From: Ignavibacteriota bacterium
GTDB taxonomy: Bacteria > Bacteroidota > Ignavibacteria > UBA10030
Assembly: GCA_003170475.1 (NCBI GenBank)
Contig: PMZI01000016.1
Span: 9,165 to 73,164, forward strand
Reading direction: 5' to 3'
Length of the DNA stretch: 64,000 bases
Both the position numbers and the translations under genes were made by a program. The notes beneath the pieces are model-generated. The model saw nothing but the letters and a program-made list of their open reading frames with translations. It searched no databases and had not been told where the DNA came from. The first letter of the stretch is position 1, and every line of letters begins with the position of its first letter. Positions 28,748 to 39,845 of this stretch are shown here, piece by piece.

Positions 28748-30162
28748 AGACTCTGATGGTTGCGATGATGATAGCATCGTCATCAGGATTCATCGCGGGA
28801 AATCCCGAACGAGTCCGCACTATTGAACAGCACTTCCCGACACAGGCGTCACAAAAGATCGAGTTGCATGGTTTCAGCGGATCCGAAATCAGAGTCCAGT
28901 CGTGGGACAAGAATGAAATCTCTGTGAAGCTGAATATCACGTTTTCCTCATCGTATCCGGAGGATGAGCAGCGTTACCTCGACGAAATCGCCCTCAAAGA
29001 AGACAAGAACTCCGATCGATACAGCCTCACTCTCGAGGAACCCAAGATGATGTCGCGGAGCCACTTGTCATTGTGGTCTTGGGTGACGTCCGTCTTTAGA
29101 GGCACGGTCACCAGAAAGGTCATTGAAGGTGAGATCTTTGTGCCACGTTCAAATGCAATTCTTGCCGGCATAAAATATGGTTCGGTCTCGCTGGACGGGA
29201 TGAGCGGGCAAGTAACCGTTCAAGGGACCAGCAATTCGGTCACACTCAAGAACTGTGCATCGGTCTCGGAGGTTGCCAATGACTACGGCAGAACCACCAT
29301 AGAACGGTGCGGGGGTAATCTCCAGCTCTCGTGCAAAAGTGGAACGATCAACATTGACCAGTTCAAGGGCAAGATAACGCTCGAGGCTGATTACTCGCAG
29401 ATCCGCGTGCAGGATGTCACGCAATCGCTCTCGATCTATTCCGCGAGCAGCACGATGACCGTTGAGAGGATCGGCGGAGACGCGACCATACACTCGAACT
29501 ATTCGCAGCTCACGGTGAACAACGTTCTCGGGTTCCTGGAAATCAAGGACAGCGGAGGCAGGATTCGTGTGAAGACCGCCGATGGAATTCGAATCAATGG
29601 GGACTATTCCCAAATGGAGATCAGTGATGTGTCCGGGAAGGCGTCGAAGGAGATATCGATCCGCGGTCAGTCCGCACCGATTGCCATTGCCAATGCTACC
29701 GGCAATGTGAAGATCGACAACCCATACGGCATGGTCGAGCTCAGAAACATCCACGGGAATGTGGATCTGGATTCCAAGGGTGCGCGCATCATGGCGGACT
29801 ATGTTGTTGGCGATTGGCAGACCGATGCCGAATACTGCAGTTTCGAGCTTACTCGAATCAGTGCGAAGCGGGTGACGATTTCGAACAAGAGCGGCAAGAT
29901 CAATGTGGAGTTGAAGATTGTGCCCACGTTCGTCAACATCAAGAATGAATATGCTGACGTTAACCTCGATTTGCCATCCGGCTTTGGCGGTGACGTCGAC
30001 TTAAACGTCTCGTATGGCAATCTCTCTACAAACTTGCCATCGCTGAAACAAAAGAAGCTCGATAATGGATCAGGCGCGTACGGTTTGCGAACGGTAGGGA
30101 ATGAATCAGTGAAGATCGCTATCGAAACGAAATCAGCAAACATCAGCGTCATGCAGCGGTAA
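28744..30162 (+). CDS. DUF4097-family beta-strand-repeat (putative adhesin-like) protein
   Basis: 472 aa. Many imperfect ~20-aa repeats of the 'G.I.V....G.V.......G.I' type that is typical of DUF4097/DUF4098. Four-nt overlap with the anti-sigma gene. Confidence 0.6.
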   Translation: MKTLMVAMMIASSSGFIAGNPERVRTIEQHFPTQASQKIELHGFSGSEIRVQSWDKNEISVKLNITFSSSYPEDEQRYLDEIALKEDKNSDRYSLTLEEPKMMSRSHLSLWSWVTSVFRGTVTRKVIEGEIFVPRSNAILAGIKYGSVSLDGMSGQVTVQGTSNSVTLKNCASVSEVANDYGRTTIERCGGNLQLSCKSGTINIDQFKGKITLEADYSQIRVQDVTQSLSIYSASSTMTVERIGGDATIHSNYSQLTVNNVLGFLEIKDSGGRIRVKTADGIRINGDYSQMEISDVSGKASKEISIRGQSAPIAIANATGNVKIDNPYGMVELRNIHGNVDLDSKGARIMADYVVGDWQTDAEYCSFELTRISAKRVTISNKSGKINVELKIVPTFVNIKNEYADVNLDLPSGFGGDVDLNVSYGNLSTNLPSLKQKKLDNGSGAYGLRTVGNESVKIAIETKSANISVMQR

Positions 30163-30195
30163 TGCCAGGCAGGGCAAGCACGTTGTGGAATCGAA

Positions 30196-33072
30196 TCACA
30201 AGTACTCCTTCAGGAACTTGCCCGTATACGAGGCAGACACTTTTGCCACCTCTTCCGGAGTTCCCGTCGCAACGACCTTTCCGCCCGCTTCGCCTCCTTC
30301 TGGGCCGAGATCAATGATATAGTCTGCACACTTCACCACATCCATGTTGTGTTCAATCACGACGATGGAATGCCCGGCTTCGACCAACGCGTTGAAGCAC
30401 TTGAGCAACTTTGCGATGTCGTCAAAGTGAAGACCGGTTGTCGGCTCATCAAAGATGAAAAGCGCCCGGCCTTCCGATTCTGACGCCGACAAGTGATTCG
30501 CGAGTTTGATGCGCTGGGCCTCTCCGCCGGAAAGCGTGGTTGCGGGCTGCCCGAGCCGGACATATCCCAAGCCGACATCATCGAGGACCTTGAGTCGCTG
30601 TGCCACTCGTTTGCCATCGGCGTGTTGGCCGAAGAACTCTATCGCCTCGGTCACCGTCATTTTCAAGATGTCATCGACATTCTTCCCATGATACCGGATT
30701 TCCAGTACTTCCTGCTTGAACCGCTTTCCCTTGCAAGACTCACAGGTGAGATAGAGATCGGCGAGGAACTGCATTTCGATTTTCTGGAAACCATCTCCCT
30801 CGCAGACGTCGCACCGTCCGCCCGGAACATTGAACGAGAAATGGCCCGGCATGTATCCGCGGATGCGCGCTGCCTGTGTATGAGCGAGGAGATCGCGCAT
30901 ATGATCAAAGACCTTGATGTAGGTGACAGGATTTGACCTCGGTGAACGGCCAATCGGGGATTGATCGACCAGCTCAATTCTCTCGAGATTCTCTGCCCCC
31001 TGAATCGCGCCGAATCGTCCGACGCTCCCTTCGAAACCTCCCTTCATTTTCTGTATCCCTGCGTAGAGAATCTCGTGCACGAGCGTGCTCTTCCCTGAGC
31101 CGCTGACACCGGTGACGCAGACAAACATTCCCAGAGGAATCCTCACGTCGACATTCTTGAGATTGTGCTCGGAGGCCCCTTTGATCAATATGCTCTGCTC
31201 CATATCGCGACGACGCTTCTTCGGAATCGGAATTACGAGCCCGCCGGTAAGATATTGTGAAGTGAGGGACTCCGGATGCTTTAAGAGTTCGTCAAAGGAC
31301 CCGCAAAACACAAGTTCACCGCCATGTTCACCAGCTCGTGGCCCCATGTCGACAACGACGTCCGCTGAGCGCATCATCTCTTCGTCGTGCTCAACGACGA
31401 GAACCGTATTACCGACATCACGGAGCGACTTGAGGATGTTGATCAGTTTGTTATTGTCCCGCGGATGCAGTCCGATACTCGGCTCGTCCAACACATACAG
31501 AGATCCCACTAACGAGGAGCCGAGGGACGTCGCCAGATTGATCCGCTGGGACTCCCCGCCCGAGAGTGTCATCGTCAGGCGATCAAGTGTGAGGTAACCG
31601 ATGCCAACATCGTAAAGGAACTTGAGCCTTTTTCTGATCTCTTCGAGGATGCGCTTCGCAATCTCCGCTTCAAATTTGGTGAGCTTGATTGTGCGGAAGA
31701 ATTCGTTCGCTTCCTCAATCGTTATTCGAACGATGTCATGAATGGTCTTCCCGGCAACCCGGATATTCAAGGCGTCACTCCGGAGTCGGGCACCATTGCA
31801 CTCATCGCATATCGTGTAGCCGCGATAGCGGCTCAGGAATACGCGATAATGGATCTTGTAGGATTTTCGTTCGATATACTTGAAGAACTTATGGATGCCG
31901 TCGAATCCTGGGTGCCCGTTCAGTATGACTTCCAACTGCTTGGGCGTCAGTTGTTTGAAGGGAACATCAACCGGAATGTCGGCTTCTCTGGCTATTTTCA
32001 GAAGGTCGCGCAGATTTTCACGCCACTTCGGCGTGGTCCAGGGATGAATGGCACCTTGCCGGATCGACTTATTCGGATCTGGTACGACGAGATCCATATC
32101 GATCCCCATGGAACGCCCGAACCCCTGGCACTTGGGGCACGCGCCTACAGGATTGTTGAAGGAGAACATTCGAGGGTCCGGATCTTCGTAGCGAATGCCG
32201 TCATTCGCACACTCGTAGTGTTGCGAGAATCGAAGCGACTGACCGGATTCTAAAAGGAGGGCATGAGCATATCCTTCGCCTTCGCTGAAAGCAGTCTCTA
32301 TGGAATCTGTAAGACGCTTTTCGCTCTCCTCATCGCCTTTGCGCACCACAAGCCGGTCGACAAGAACGAAGATCCCCTTTTTACTTTTCGCCTTGAATTC
32401 CTTTTCGTTCAAATCGATGACGTCACCATTGACCACAATCCTGAAGAATCCACGCTTCTTGAGCGCGTCGCACTCCTCTTTGACAGAATGCCCCTGGTGA
32501 TCGTGCAGCGGAAACATAACAAACATCTTCGCCCCCTCGGACTCCCGCTGAAGACGATCAACGACAGACGAAACGGAATCACGTTTCACCAACTCCCCGC
32601 ACGAACGACAAAACGTTTGGCCTATTCTTCCGAATAGAAGGCGCAGGTAGTCGTAAACTTCTGTCGTGGTGGCGACTGTTGAGCGGGGATTGCGGGTTGC
32701 GGTCTTCTGCTCGATGGCAATCGAAGGACTGATGCCCTGAATGAAATCGACGTCCGGTTTGTCCATCCGCTCAAGGAACTGGCGGGCATACGACGAAAGA
32801 CTCTCGACATATCGTCGCTGTCCTTCGGCGTAGATGGTATCGAAAGCGAGGCTCGACTTCCCTGAACCGCTCACCCCTGTCATAACGATGAGTTTGTTCC
32901 GGGGAAGCTCAATATTCACGTTTTTGAGATTGTGGACCCTCGCTCCCCGAATAATAATCGTTTTCAGCTTCTTGTCCTGGCGCGCTGCAACAGGAGCTTC
33001 AGGAACTGGATTCTCCGCCGGTACTGCTATGTGCTTCTTTTTCGCCAACGTCTGATGACCCCTTCGTCTCAC
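30196..33072 (-). CDS. uvrA: excinuclease ABC subunit A
   Basis: 958 aa. '[62 protein letters not shown]' N-terminus. Two ABC modules, zinc-finger CxxC motifs and the second Walker A '[10 protein letters not shown]'. Confidence 0.95.
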   Translation of the reverse strand: MRRRGHQTLAKKKHIAVPAENPVPEAPVAARQDKKLKTIIIRGARVHNLKNVNIELPRNKLIVMTGVSGSGKSSLAFDTIYAEGQRRYVESLSSYARQFLERMDKPDVDFIQGISPSIAIEQKTATRNPRSTVATTTEVYDYLRLLFGRIGQTFCRSCGELVKRDSVSSVVDRLQRESEGAKMFVMFPLHDHQGHSVKEECDALKKRGFFRIVVNGDVIDLNEKEFKAKSKKGIFVLVDRLVVRKGDEESEKRLTDSIETAFSEGEGYAHALLLESGQSLRFSQHYECANDGIRYEDPDPRMFSFNNPVGACPKCQGFGRSMGIDMDLVVPDPNKSIRQGAIHPWTTPKWRENLRDLLKIAREADIPVDVPFKQLTPKQLEVILNGHPGFDGIHKFFKYIERKSYKIHYRVFLSRYRGYTICDECNGARLRSDALNIRVAGKTIHDIVRITIEEANEFFRTIKLTKFEAEIAKRILEEIRKRLKFLYDVGIGYLTLDRLTMTLSGGESQRINLATSLGSSLVGSLYVLDEPSIGLHPRDNNKLINILKSLRDVGNTVLVVEHDEEMMRSADVVVDMGPRAGEHGGELVFCGSFDELLKHPESLTSQYLTGGLVIPIPKKRRRDMEQSILIKGASEHNLKNVDVRIPLGMFVCVTGVSGSGKSTLVHEILYAGIQKMKGGFEGSVGRFGAIQGAENLERIELVDQSPIGRSPRSNPVTYIKVFDHMRDLLAHTQAARIRGYMPGHFSFNVPGGRCDVCEGDGFQKIEMQFLADLYLTCESCKGKRFKQEVLEIRYHGKNVDDILKMTVTEAIEFFGQHADGKRVAQRLKVLDDVGLGYVRLGQPATTLSGGEAQRIKLANHLSASESEGRALFIFDEPTTGLHFDDIAKLLKCFNALVEAGHSIVVIEHNMDVVKCADYIIDLGPEGGEAGGKVVATGTPEEVAKVSASYTGKFLKEYL

Positions 33073-33305
33073 AACGCTTTTTTGATCTCTTCAATCGACA
33101 TTCGGAAGTCGGAGATCGCCAATTGCTTATCAACGTACACCTACTGAACGGTAAAATCAATCCGAAAATTCCATCTCCACTCACTCTTGTCCCATCTCCC
33201 ATGACAGAGCGGTGCGGCTGTCGCATGCATCGAAAACTCCTCGCCGTTTGTTGCCTTTCACTGCTGTGATGTCTACATTTATTTGGATCTTAAGGGAACA
33301 ATCCA

Positions 33306-34169
33306 ATGCGTTGCAGTGCTCTCTTGTTGCTTATCTTCGCGATCTTCACTCCTTCAGCCCTCGCTCAACAGGACTCAAGTCGCTCAGCGAAAGTCTATCG
33401 CCTAACATTGAATGACGGTTCTGAGATTATCGGCACAATCATCAAAGAAGACACGCTACAGGTCGAATTTCAGTCGATCTCGAACATTACGATGCGCGTC
33501 CCAAAGCTTCAAATCGCCAGGATGATGCTTCTTTCGGGAATCGTCGTCGACGGGGAGTATCGGCGATCAGATCCTAACTCAACCCGACTGTTTTTCTCTC
33601 CGACCGGGCGAGCGATCGGGAATGGACAGGGATATTTTTCTGCGTATGAGATCTTCTTCCCTTCCATCGCTGTGGGAATTGGTGACGTCGTTTCCCTGTC
33701 GGGAGGGATATCGCTGCTGCCGGGGGTCGAGAGTCAAATCATCTATTTTGCCCCTAAGGTTACACCTCTCCACATTCACAATTTCGATCTCTCTGCCGGC
33801 ATCCTTTTCGCGGGCGGCACTCGCAGGGCCAGCTCAGGAGGAGGCATTGTCTACGGGGTCGGGACGTACGGTTCCGAGGACAACTCCCTCACGATGGGGC
33901 TGGGTTGGGCATTTTCCGGAGGAGACCTCAGCAGCAGGCCCATCGTCCTCCTTGGCGGTGAAATCAGGCTCTCCAACAGTATAAAACTCATCTCAGAGAA
34001 CTGGTTCCCCCCTTGGACGGATGTCATCATCTACTCTTTTGGCCTTCGGTTTTTCGGCGAGAATCTCGCTGCGGATTTGGGTTTTGCGCGAACGTCTGCT
34101 AAAATGGTAACGAGCGGTTTCCCGTTCATTCCATGGATAGGATTCACTTATAATTTCGGCGCCCACTAG
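33306..34169 (+). CDS. secreted hypothetical protein
   Basis: Signal peptide MRCSALLLLIFAIFTPSALAQQ. Gly/Ser-rich beta-strand-like body. Sits 2 nt before the fpg/nei gene. Confidence 0.4.
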   Translation: MRCSALLLLIFAIFTPSALAQQDSSRSAKVYRLTLNDGSEIIGTIIKEDTLQVEFQSISNITMRVPKLQIARMMLLSGIVVDGEYRRSDPNSTRLFFSPTGRAIGNGQGYFSAYEIFFPSIAVGIGDVVSLSGGISLLPGVESQIIYFAPKVTPLHIHNFDLSAGILFAGGTRRASSGGGIVYGVGTYGSEDNSLTMGLGWAFSGGDLSSRPIVLLGGEIRLSNSIKLISENWFPPWTDVIIYSFGLRFFGENLAADLGFARTSAKMVTSGFPFIPWIGFTYNFGAH

Positions 34170-34170
34170 C

Positions 34171-35073
34171 ATGCCCGAACTTCCCGACATCACGATGTAC
34201 GTCGAAAGCCTTGAATCAAGAATCAAAGGGGCGCGCCTCGAAAAGATCCGGCTCGGCAATACGTTCATTCTCCGCACGTTTGATCCGCCGCTGATCGCTG
34301 CTTCGGGCAAGACGATTCAGAGCGTCGAGAGGATTGGGAAGAGAATTGTTCTTTCCCTCGAGGATGAGCTCTTCATCATCATCCACCTCATGATTGCAGG
34401 GCGGTTCCACTGGAAGAAACCCTTGAGCAAAATCCCCGGGAGAGTCGGACACGCGGCATTTGATTTTCCCGATGGGACGCTCCTGCTGACAGAGGCCAGC
34501 ACGAAGAAACGGGCATCGATGCATCTGGTCATTGGCCGTCCGGGATTGGCGACATTCGATCGCGGCGGCTTGGAAATCCTTGGCTCCAGCGTGGATACTT
34601 TCAGCGCTGCATTGATGAGAGAGAATCGAACACTCAAACGCGCCCTCACCGATCCCCGACTTTTCAGCGGCATAGGAAACGCCTATTCAGACGAAATTCT
34701 TCATCGCTCGAGGCTGTCGCCGCTCACACTTACTCAGAAGCTCACCGATGAAGAAATCACCCGACTCCATGCAGCAACGACAGCAACCATGAAAGAATGG
34801 ATCAAGCGCCTGCGAGAAGAAACTGGCGGCAGTTTTCCAGAGAAGGTGACCGCGTTCCACGAGGAGATGGGTGTTCACGGGAAATTTGGGAAGCCTTGCC
34901 CGGTTTGTGGAACAAGAGTGCAGCGAATTGTCTATGCGGAGAATGAGTCCAACTACTGCCCGAGATGCCAGACAGGCGGAAAAATGCTTTCTGACCGATC
35001 ACTCGCCAGATTGCTGAAGGATGACTGGCCGAAGACAATCGATGAACTCGAGCAAAGTGAACTGGGAAAATAG
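34171..35073 (+). CDS. Fpg/Nei-family DNA glycosylase/AP lyase
   Basis: N-terminal 'MPELPDITMY' (catalytic Pro2/Glu3). C-terminal zinc finger 'CPVCGTRVQRIVYAENESNYCPRCQ'. H2TH region in the middle. Confidence 0.75.
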   Translation: MPELPDITMYVESLESRIKGARLEKIRLGNTFILRTFDPPLIAASGKTIQSVERIGKRIVLSLEDELFIIIHLMIAGRFHWKKPLSKIPGRVGHAAFDFPDGTLLLTEASTKKRASMHLVIGRPGLATFDRGGLEILGSSVDTFSAALMRENRTLKRALTDPRLFSGIGNAYSDEILHRSRLSPLTLTQKLTDEEITRLHAATTATMKEWIKRLREETGGSFPEKVTAFHEEMGVHGKFGKPCPVCGTRVQRIVYAENESNYCPRCQTGGKMLSDRSLARLLKDDWPKTIDELEQSELGK

Positions 35074-35080
35074 AGGATGC

Positions 35081-36013
35081 TCAGAAGCGAATGGTGAGCC
35101 GTGCAGTCGGGACAAACTCGACGAAGTCCACGGACCGAACGACCGGCTGGAGGTGTGCTTCGAGTTTGACCTGATTGTTGAATTGAGCAGCGCTCCACGC
35201 TGCATCGAGAGCCGAAAGAAAATGATTGACGACGAGAAGGACTGACCCCGTTGTCGCGATGTTGTAGTAATCATTTGCCTTCCCGCGCATGGCAGCGTAG
35301 TCCAGAAAGCGCTGCGACACATCGCTGCTCAGGATTCTTTGCGGAGTCATGACACCGGCATCATCCCATCCGGCGGAAAATTGCGGATACTTTCCGATGA
35401 GTTCATAGTATTGCTGCAACGGCCGATGCGGCAACAGATGCGTAAAACCGTTGCCTGACATTTGCGCGATCCGGCTTTCGATGGCATTCAACACGTCCCA
35501 GTTCACACGATCCCAAGGCTGGAGATTTTCTGTGCCCGGAATCAACCACCCGGTGAAGCTCGTCACATCCGGATTGAGCTTCGCGGAGTTGTCCTGAATC
35601 CACTGCGCATAACGGACAACGGAGTAGTGGTCATCGGCATAGTTCTGGAACAAGGTTGTTTGCCTGTCGCCCTTGGAAGAGTACACTGCATGCACGGCCC
35701 AGAGTCCGGCCTCCGCAAGGATGAATCCGCCTGCACGCCAATAGCTCTTCGTATAGAATTCCCCTGCACCCGGAACAGCGAGTGAGAGAACGCCTGCAAG
35801 CAGGCCCGATTTCTTTCCCTGGTCAGCCTTCACAAGGACGGTATCCTTCAATTTCATCGCCCCGATGAATGCCAGCAAATCGAGTCGGTCGTTCCCCGTG
35901 AGCAGAACTGTTCCTGAGGAGTGCATGTTCCCCGCGACCTCTTGTTGACTCTTCGCGGAAACAACGATCAGAAGCATTGAGGCCATCACAACAAATGCTG
36001 CCCTGCTCTTCAT
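35081..36013 (-). CDS. secreted/membrane hypothetical protein (last gene of the 42994->35081 operon)
   Basis: Signal peptide, two hydrophobic segments (GLLAGVLSLAVPGAG..., GGFILAEAGLWAVHAV), then a soluble Trp/Tyr-rich domain. Confidence 0.35.
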   Translation of the reverse strand: MKSRAAFVVMASMLLIVVSAKSQQEVAGNMHSSGTVLLTGNDRLDLLAFIGAMKLKDTVLVKADQGKKSGLLAGVLSLAVPGAGEFYTKSYWRAGGFILAEAGLWAVHAVYSSKGDRQTTLFQNYADDHYSVVRYAQWIQDNSAKLNPDVTSFTGWLIPGTENLQPWDRVNWDVLNAIESRIAQMSGNGFTHLLPHRPLQQYYELIGKYPQFSAGWDDAGVMTPQRILSSDVSQRFLDYAAMRGKANDYYNIATTGSVLLVVNHFLSALDAAWSAAQFNNQVKLEAHLQPVVRSVDFVEFVPTARLTIRF

Positions 36014-36017
36014 TCCA

Positions 36018-39000
36018 CTACCTCGCTCTGTAGGTCAACTGTTGAAGATTCCGGCTGAAGGGATTCATCTCGAAGTCAAATAGAATTCCAAGATAGAATC
36101 TCCATTCTTTTCCGTAGGCCACATCGGTATTGTTGAACGTCCGGTTGAAACGGTCGAAGCCATATGCCCCTGAGAAAAAGATCCGTGTCGGATACTGGTA
36201 AAACGAGAACGACTCCAACCTGAGTTCAAAGCCCGCGTCCTTCTTCCACGTCCCCACATCCGGAGTTGGGCCTGTCCACGCGTCACCATAATCGGCGAAG
36301 ACCGAACCATACAACTTCGTGAAGTAGAATTGGAGGAACCGGAAGTTTAGTTTGCTCACGAGCGGGAACCGATACGCGGCACTCACAACGGCGAGGTCGT
36401 TCCCACCCAGTCCATAAAACGGGTACCCGCGCATTCCGATGAACCCGCCGCCGTAGAAATCAAAGAAATCGTCAACCCGCTTCCCCAACGTACTCGCACC
36501 ATGCACCGACAGTGTCAAAGTGTGTTTGTCGATGGGCAAAGAGAGATGCTCATTCCAGAGAACTTCTACCGTGTGGAAACTCGGCTTGGTGTACTGCGGC
36601 ACCAGCGTGCCGTTCTCGATGCTAAACTCCCCGTCTGGATTGAACTTGTTGAACGCGAAGGAGTATCGCAGCGTAAATGTGCGTCCTATCGGATTGATGT
36701 CACGATCGAGATTCGGTACAATGCCATCGTGGGTCAATTGTGCGGACAATGTGTTGCCGACGAGATAGACATTCCGGAATCCGGGAGAATCCCCGGAACC
36801 AGGTATGTAGAATGAACCGATGTCCGCATTGTATCTGCTGAGTGAATAGCGAAGGGCCAGCTGTGTGTGATCGTCAAAGATGGTTTGTCTGAGCCCGAAA
36901 TCGAATTCAAGAAGGTTATAGACCACTTCCGTCTGGAGCTCGTACTGCTTGTCGGTGAACAACGGGATCGTTGCAGTGGTTTGTCGCGAGATATTATAAA
37001 TCTCAAGAGAAACAGCCGGAGCGAGTCCAAGCTGATAGAAGATCGGGAAAGCGTCGCGATACTCGACGATGGCAAACAAGTCACGTTCCAGCTGCCGATT
37101 GATGACTGCACCTCCAAACAAGGAAAGCCTGTCCAGTACGTCACTGGACGTGAAGTAGAATCCAGGACGAATCACGTCAATCCCTTTATTATGGGGATTG
37201 TAGTTGTCCACACGCAAAATCGGAATGATCGACAGACTCGTGAACCTATTCGAGTATGGTCGAGCTTTCAAAGGGGCAAGTTTTGATGTGTCGTCGGGAG
37301 CGACGGTAACCGTTCCTGCCGCCGGGGTAGTCACAGCAACGGGAGTTCCATCGACCCGATCCATTTTCTTCAGTTGCCACAGCGGCACATCGCGCCGAGG
37401 AGGGATCGCGAGCGCAGAAGGATTCTTGAGCAGGTTGATCTTGAAACCCGTCGACGTATATGAACTGAAGGCAAAGTCCCCATGCCCGTTGACCGCGGGC
37501 AAAAATGCCCCACCGAGGACATTCGTAAGTTGAGACCTCCCACCCGCCTGGAGATCGAGCGAATAGAGATTGAATATGCCCCCCTCAGCAGAGGCATAGA
37601 TGAGTGAGCGCCCGTCGTGTGAGAAGACAGGATTCCGCGCATCGAACCCGCTCACGACGACTTTGAATCCAGTTCCGTCTTCGTTGACGACTGCCACGGA
37701 TTGCCTATCGTCTGCCGAGAAGCCAAAGGTGATCATGGTACCATCCGGCGACCACTGCGGCGTATACACTTGTTCACCGTTGACGAACTTCGTTACCTGT
37801 CGAACGTTTTTCCCGTCTGCATCACAAGTCCCGATGTTTACAGTGCCATCACTACCGGATGCAAAAACGATTTTCTTTCCGTCCGCTGACAGGTTTGGAT
37901 TCCACGCCCGCAGTCCGTGCGTGAGACGCTCCTCGCTCCGTTTGTCCAGATCGTACCGATAGAGATCATACAGCTTGGCCCAGAAACCGTTCTTACGGCT
38001 AAGCTTTGAGTAGTAAAGATAACGTCCATCAGGAGAAAACGACAGCGTAGAACGCACATTGAGGTCGAGATCCTTCGACGTTTTTGATTCAAAATCGTAG
38101 AGGTAAACCGAACTCAAACCAAAATAGTCCTGGCCTTTGTTGGATACATAGGCAAGTTTTTTCCCGTCCGGAGTAAATGCAGGAAACGAGTTGCCAAACC
38201 CTTCTTTTTCGATCAACTCGCCTTCGACGCGGGCGGGTGCAATCTGGTTTCCAACGCTCTTGTACTGCTCAATCTTGGCCGACTTCCATCGTTGATACAA
38301 TTCTTCCCCGGAAATCCCTAACACGGCTTCAATGGCACCATCGATGGTCACTCGGGGCAGACTGCTGAGTGCTCTAGAGATTTCCTTAAGCTTCTCTGCA
38401 CCATAGGTCTCTGCAATGTATGAGACGATGGAGAATCCCGCATTGTACGAAGACTCGTTGCCGAGGCTCGTCTTGCCGAAAACAGCCATCTCCTCCCACG
38501 TCAGGGGATTACCCTCAAGCATGTACATCCTCAGAATCATATCCCGATGCGAGTCCCAGTAATCATAGGTGAAGCTCGGGTGGTTGTATTGCGCAACTCC
38601 CTCGGCAAACCATGCGGGAACAACAAATGCGGAAAACGGATAGGAGACGATGGTATTCGGATAGCCGTAGAGCACATCCGGCCGGCGTTCTGATTCGTAC
38701 CCCAGCCATTGGAAATAGACGGCGGGAAATGTCCGTCCCAGCTTCATCGCTGTCTGAATCTGAACAATGTGAGTGAACTCGTGAGAAACGACATCACGGA
38801 TCCACGGATGAGTTCCGCGAAGTTCGAAATCGAGAGCCGGCGCCCAGAGCTCAATCTTGTTGTCGTAGAAATAGGCCGCGCCGTTCGAATAGTCTTCGTG
38901 GTCGCGGATCACCAGGCTCACCTTGCTGTCGGGCTCATGCTGATACAATTGTGTGATGGGACCATAGACGCCTTCTGCAATATTCGCGATTTCGCGGGCC

Positions 39001-39152
39001 GATCGTTCCTCTCCGGAGTGAAAGTGGACTAGAAAATGCGCCGACTCAATCGTTTTCCAGTTCAGATCGGGACGCGGAAAGTCATCATCCTGCGCGATCG
39101 CAAGACCGAGAGTGAGCAAAACGAACAGTACGGAGAGGAGGAGCTTCTTCAC
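36018..39152 (-). CDS. 1044-aa secreted protein: N-terminal HExxH zincin-like domain + TolB/PD40 beta-propeller repeats + C-terminal beta-barrel-like domain
   Basis: Signal peptide. 'VVSHEFTHIVQ' HExxH. PD40-type repeats (FSPDGRYLYYS, PQWSPDGTMITFGF, NPVFSHDGRSLIYAS...). The C-terminal ~400 aa alternate in aromatic/hydrophobic residues like an outer-membrane barrel. Confidence 0.5.
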   Translation of the reverse strand: MKKLLLSVLFVLLTLGLAIAQDDDFPRPDLNWKTIESAHFLVHFHSGEERSAREIANIAEGVYGPITQLYQHEPDSKVSLVIRDHEDYSNGAAYFYDNKIELWAPALDFELRGTHPWIRDVVSHEFTHIVQIQTAMKLGRTFPAVYFQWLGYESERRPDVLYGYPNTIVSYPFSAFVVPAWFAEGVAQYNHPSFTYDYWDSHRDMILRMYMLEGNPLTWEEMAVFGKTSLGNESSYNAGFSIVSYIAETYGAEKLKEISRALSSLPRVTIDGAIEAVLGISGEELYQRWKSAKIEQYKSVGNQIAPARVEGELIEKEGFGNSFPAFTPDGKKLAYVSNKGQDYFGLSSVYLYDFESKTSKDLDLNVRSTLSFSPDGRYLYYSKLSRKNGFWAKLYDLYRYDLDKRSEERLTHGLRAWNPNLSADGKKIVFASGSDGTVNIGTCDADGKNVRQVTKFVNGEQVYTPQWSPDGTMITFGFSADDRQSVAVVNEDGTGFKVVVSGFDARNPVFSHDGRSLIYASAEGGIFNLYSLDLQAGGRSQLTNVLGGAFLPAVNGHGDFAFSSYTSTGFKINLLKNPSALAIPPRRDVPLWQLKKMDRVDGTPVAVTTPAAGTVTVAPDDTSKLAPLKARPYSNRFTSLSIIPILRVDNYNPHNKGIDVIRPGFYFTSSDVLDRLSLFGGAVINRQLERDLFAIVEYRDAFPIFYQLGLAPAVSLEIYNISRQTTATIPLFTDKQYELQTEVVYNLLEFDFGLRQTIFDDHTQLALRYSLSRYNADIGSFYIPGSGDSPGFRNVYLVGNTLSAQLTHDGIVPNLDRDINPIGRTFTLRYSFAFNKFNPDGEFSIENGTLVPQYTKPSFHTVEVLWNEHLSLPIDKHTLTLSVHGASTLGKRVDDFFDFYGGGFIGMRGYPFYGLGGNDLAVVSAAYRFPLVSKLNFRFLQFYFTKLYGSVFADYGDAWTGPTPDVGTWKKDAGFELRLESFSFYQYPTRIFFSGAYGFDRFNRTFNNTDVAYGKEWRFYLGILFDFEMNPFSRNLQQLTYRAR

Positions 39153-39161
39153 AGTGTGTAT

Positions 39162-39845
39162 TTAGATGGTGAAATCACGACGCGTGACCTGATCTTTGTC
39201 GACGGTGAGGGACACTCCGCGATGGACATCGAGATAAAGCTCAAGGCCAATCGAGGGTGTAATCCGATAGTTTCCAAAAAAATACGAATCAACACTGCTA
39301 AAGCGCGGCACAGGATAGAATCCCACAGGAAGATTTTCATCCGGGATAACGTAGTGACCCAGAGAATCCGTCACAGCGGTGATGGCGCCATCAACGACGA
39401 CAGTATACGATGCCCGCGAAACGTTGTTCATGCTGAACTCTACTGTATAGACTCCGCTCGGAGCCAAATTGCCGAGCCCGTCATGTTTGTCCCACTCAAA
39501 ATCCATGGTTCCCACGGGTGAGTGCCCCGCGAACAGTACAGCAACGACCGTCTGACTTCGGCTAAACACCTGAACGCGGGCAGTCTTCGCAGAATCATCT
39601 ACATAGAAGGAAGGAGAAGGCAGATGAAGAGTATCAACGAATTCGTAGTCGTACCACAATCCCACCCGAACCCCCTTGAGGGGAACTCCGAGATGATCCG
39701 TGATGTAGCCTTCAACTTGATAACCCACTATCGGTTTTTCCGCAGGAGCCACATACGGCAGATCCCGTTCGCAACCCACCACACCTCCCAGAAGGAGAAC
39801 AAGCATCGTACAAAGCGGAAATCCCCTCACCATCCGAGCCCTCAC
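39162..39845 (-). CDS. lipoprotein, unknown function
   Basis: Lipobox LLLGGVVGC. 4-nt overlap with the upstream gene. Confidence 0.4.
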   Translation of the reverse strand: MRARMVRGFPLCTMLVLLLGGVVGCERDLPYVAPAEKPIVGYQVEGYITDHLGVPLKGVRVGLWYDYEFVDTLHLPSPSFYVDDSAKTARVQVFSRSQTVVAVLFAGHSPVGTMDFEWDKHDGLGNLAPSGVYTVEFSMNNVSRASYTVVVDGAITAVTDSLGHYVIPDENLPVGFYPVPRFSSVDSYFFGNYRITPSIGLELYLDVHRGVSLTVDKDQVTRRDFTI

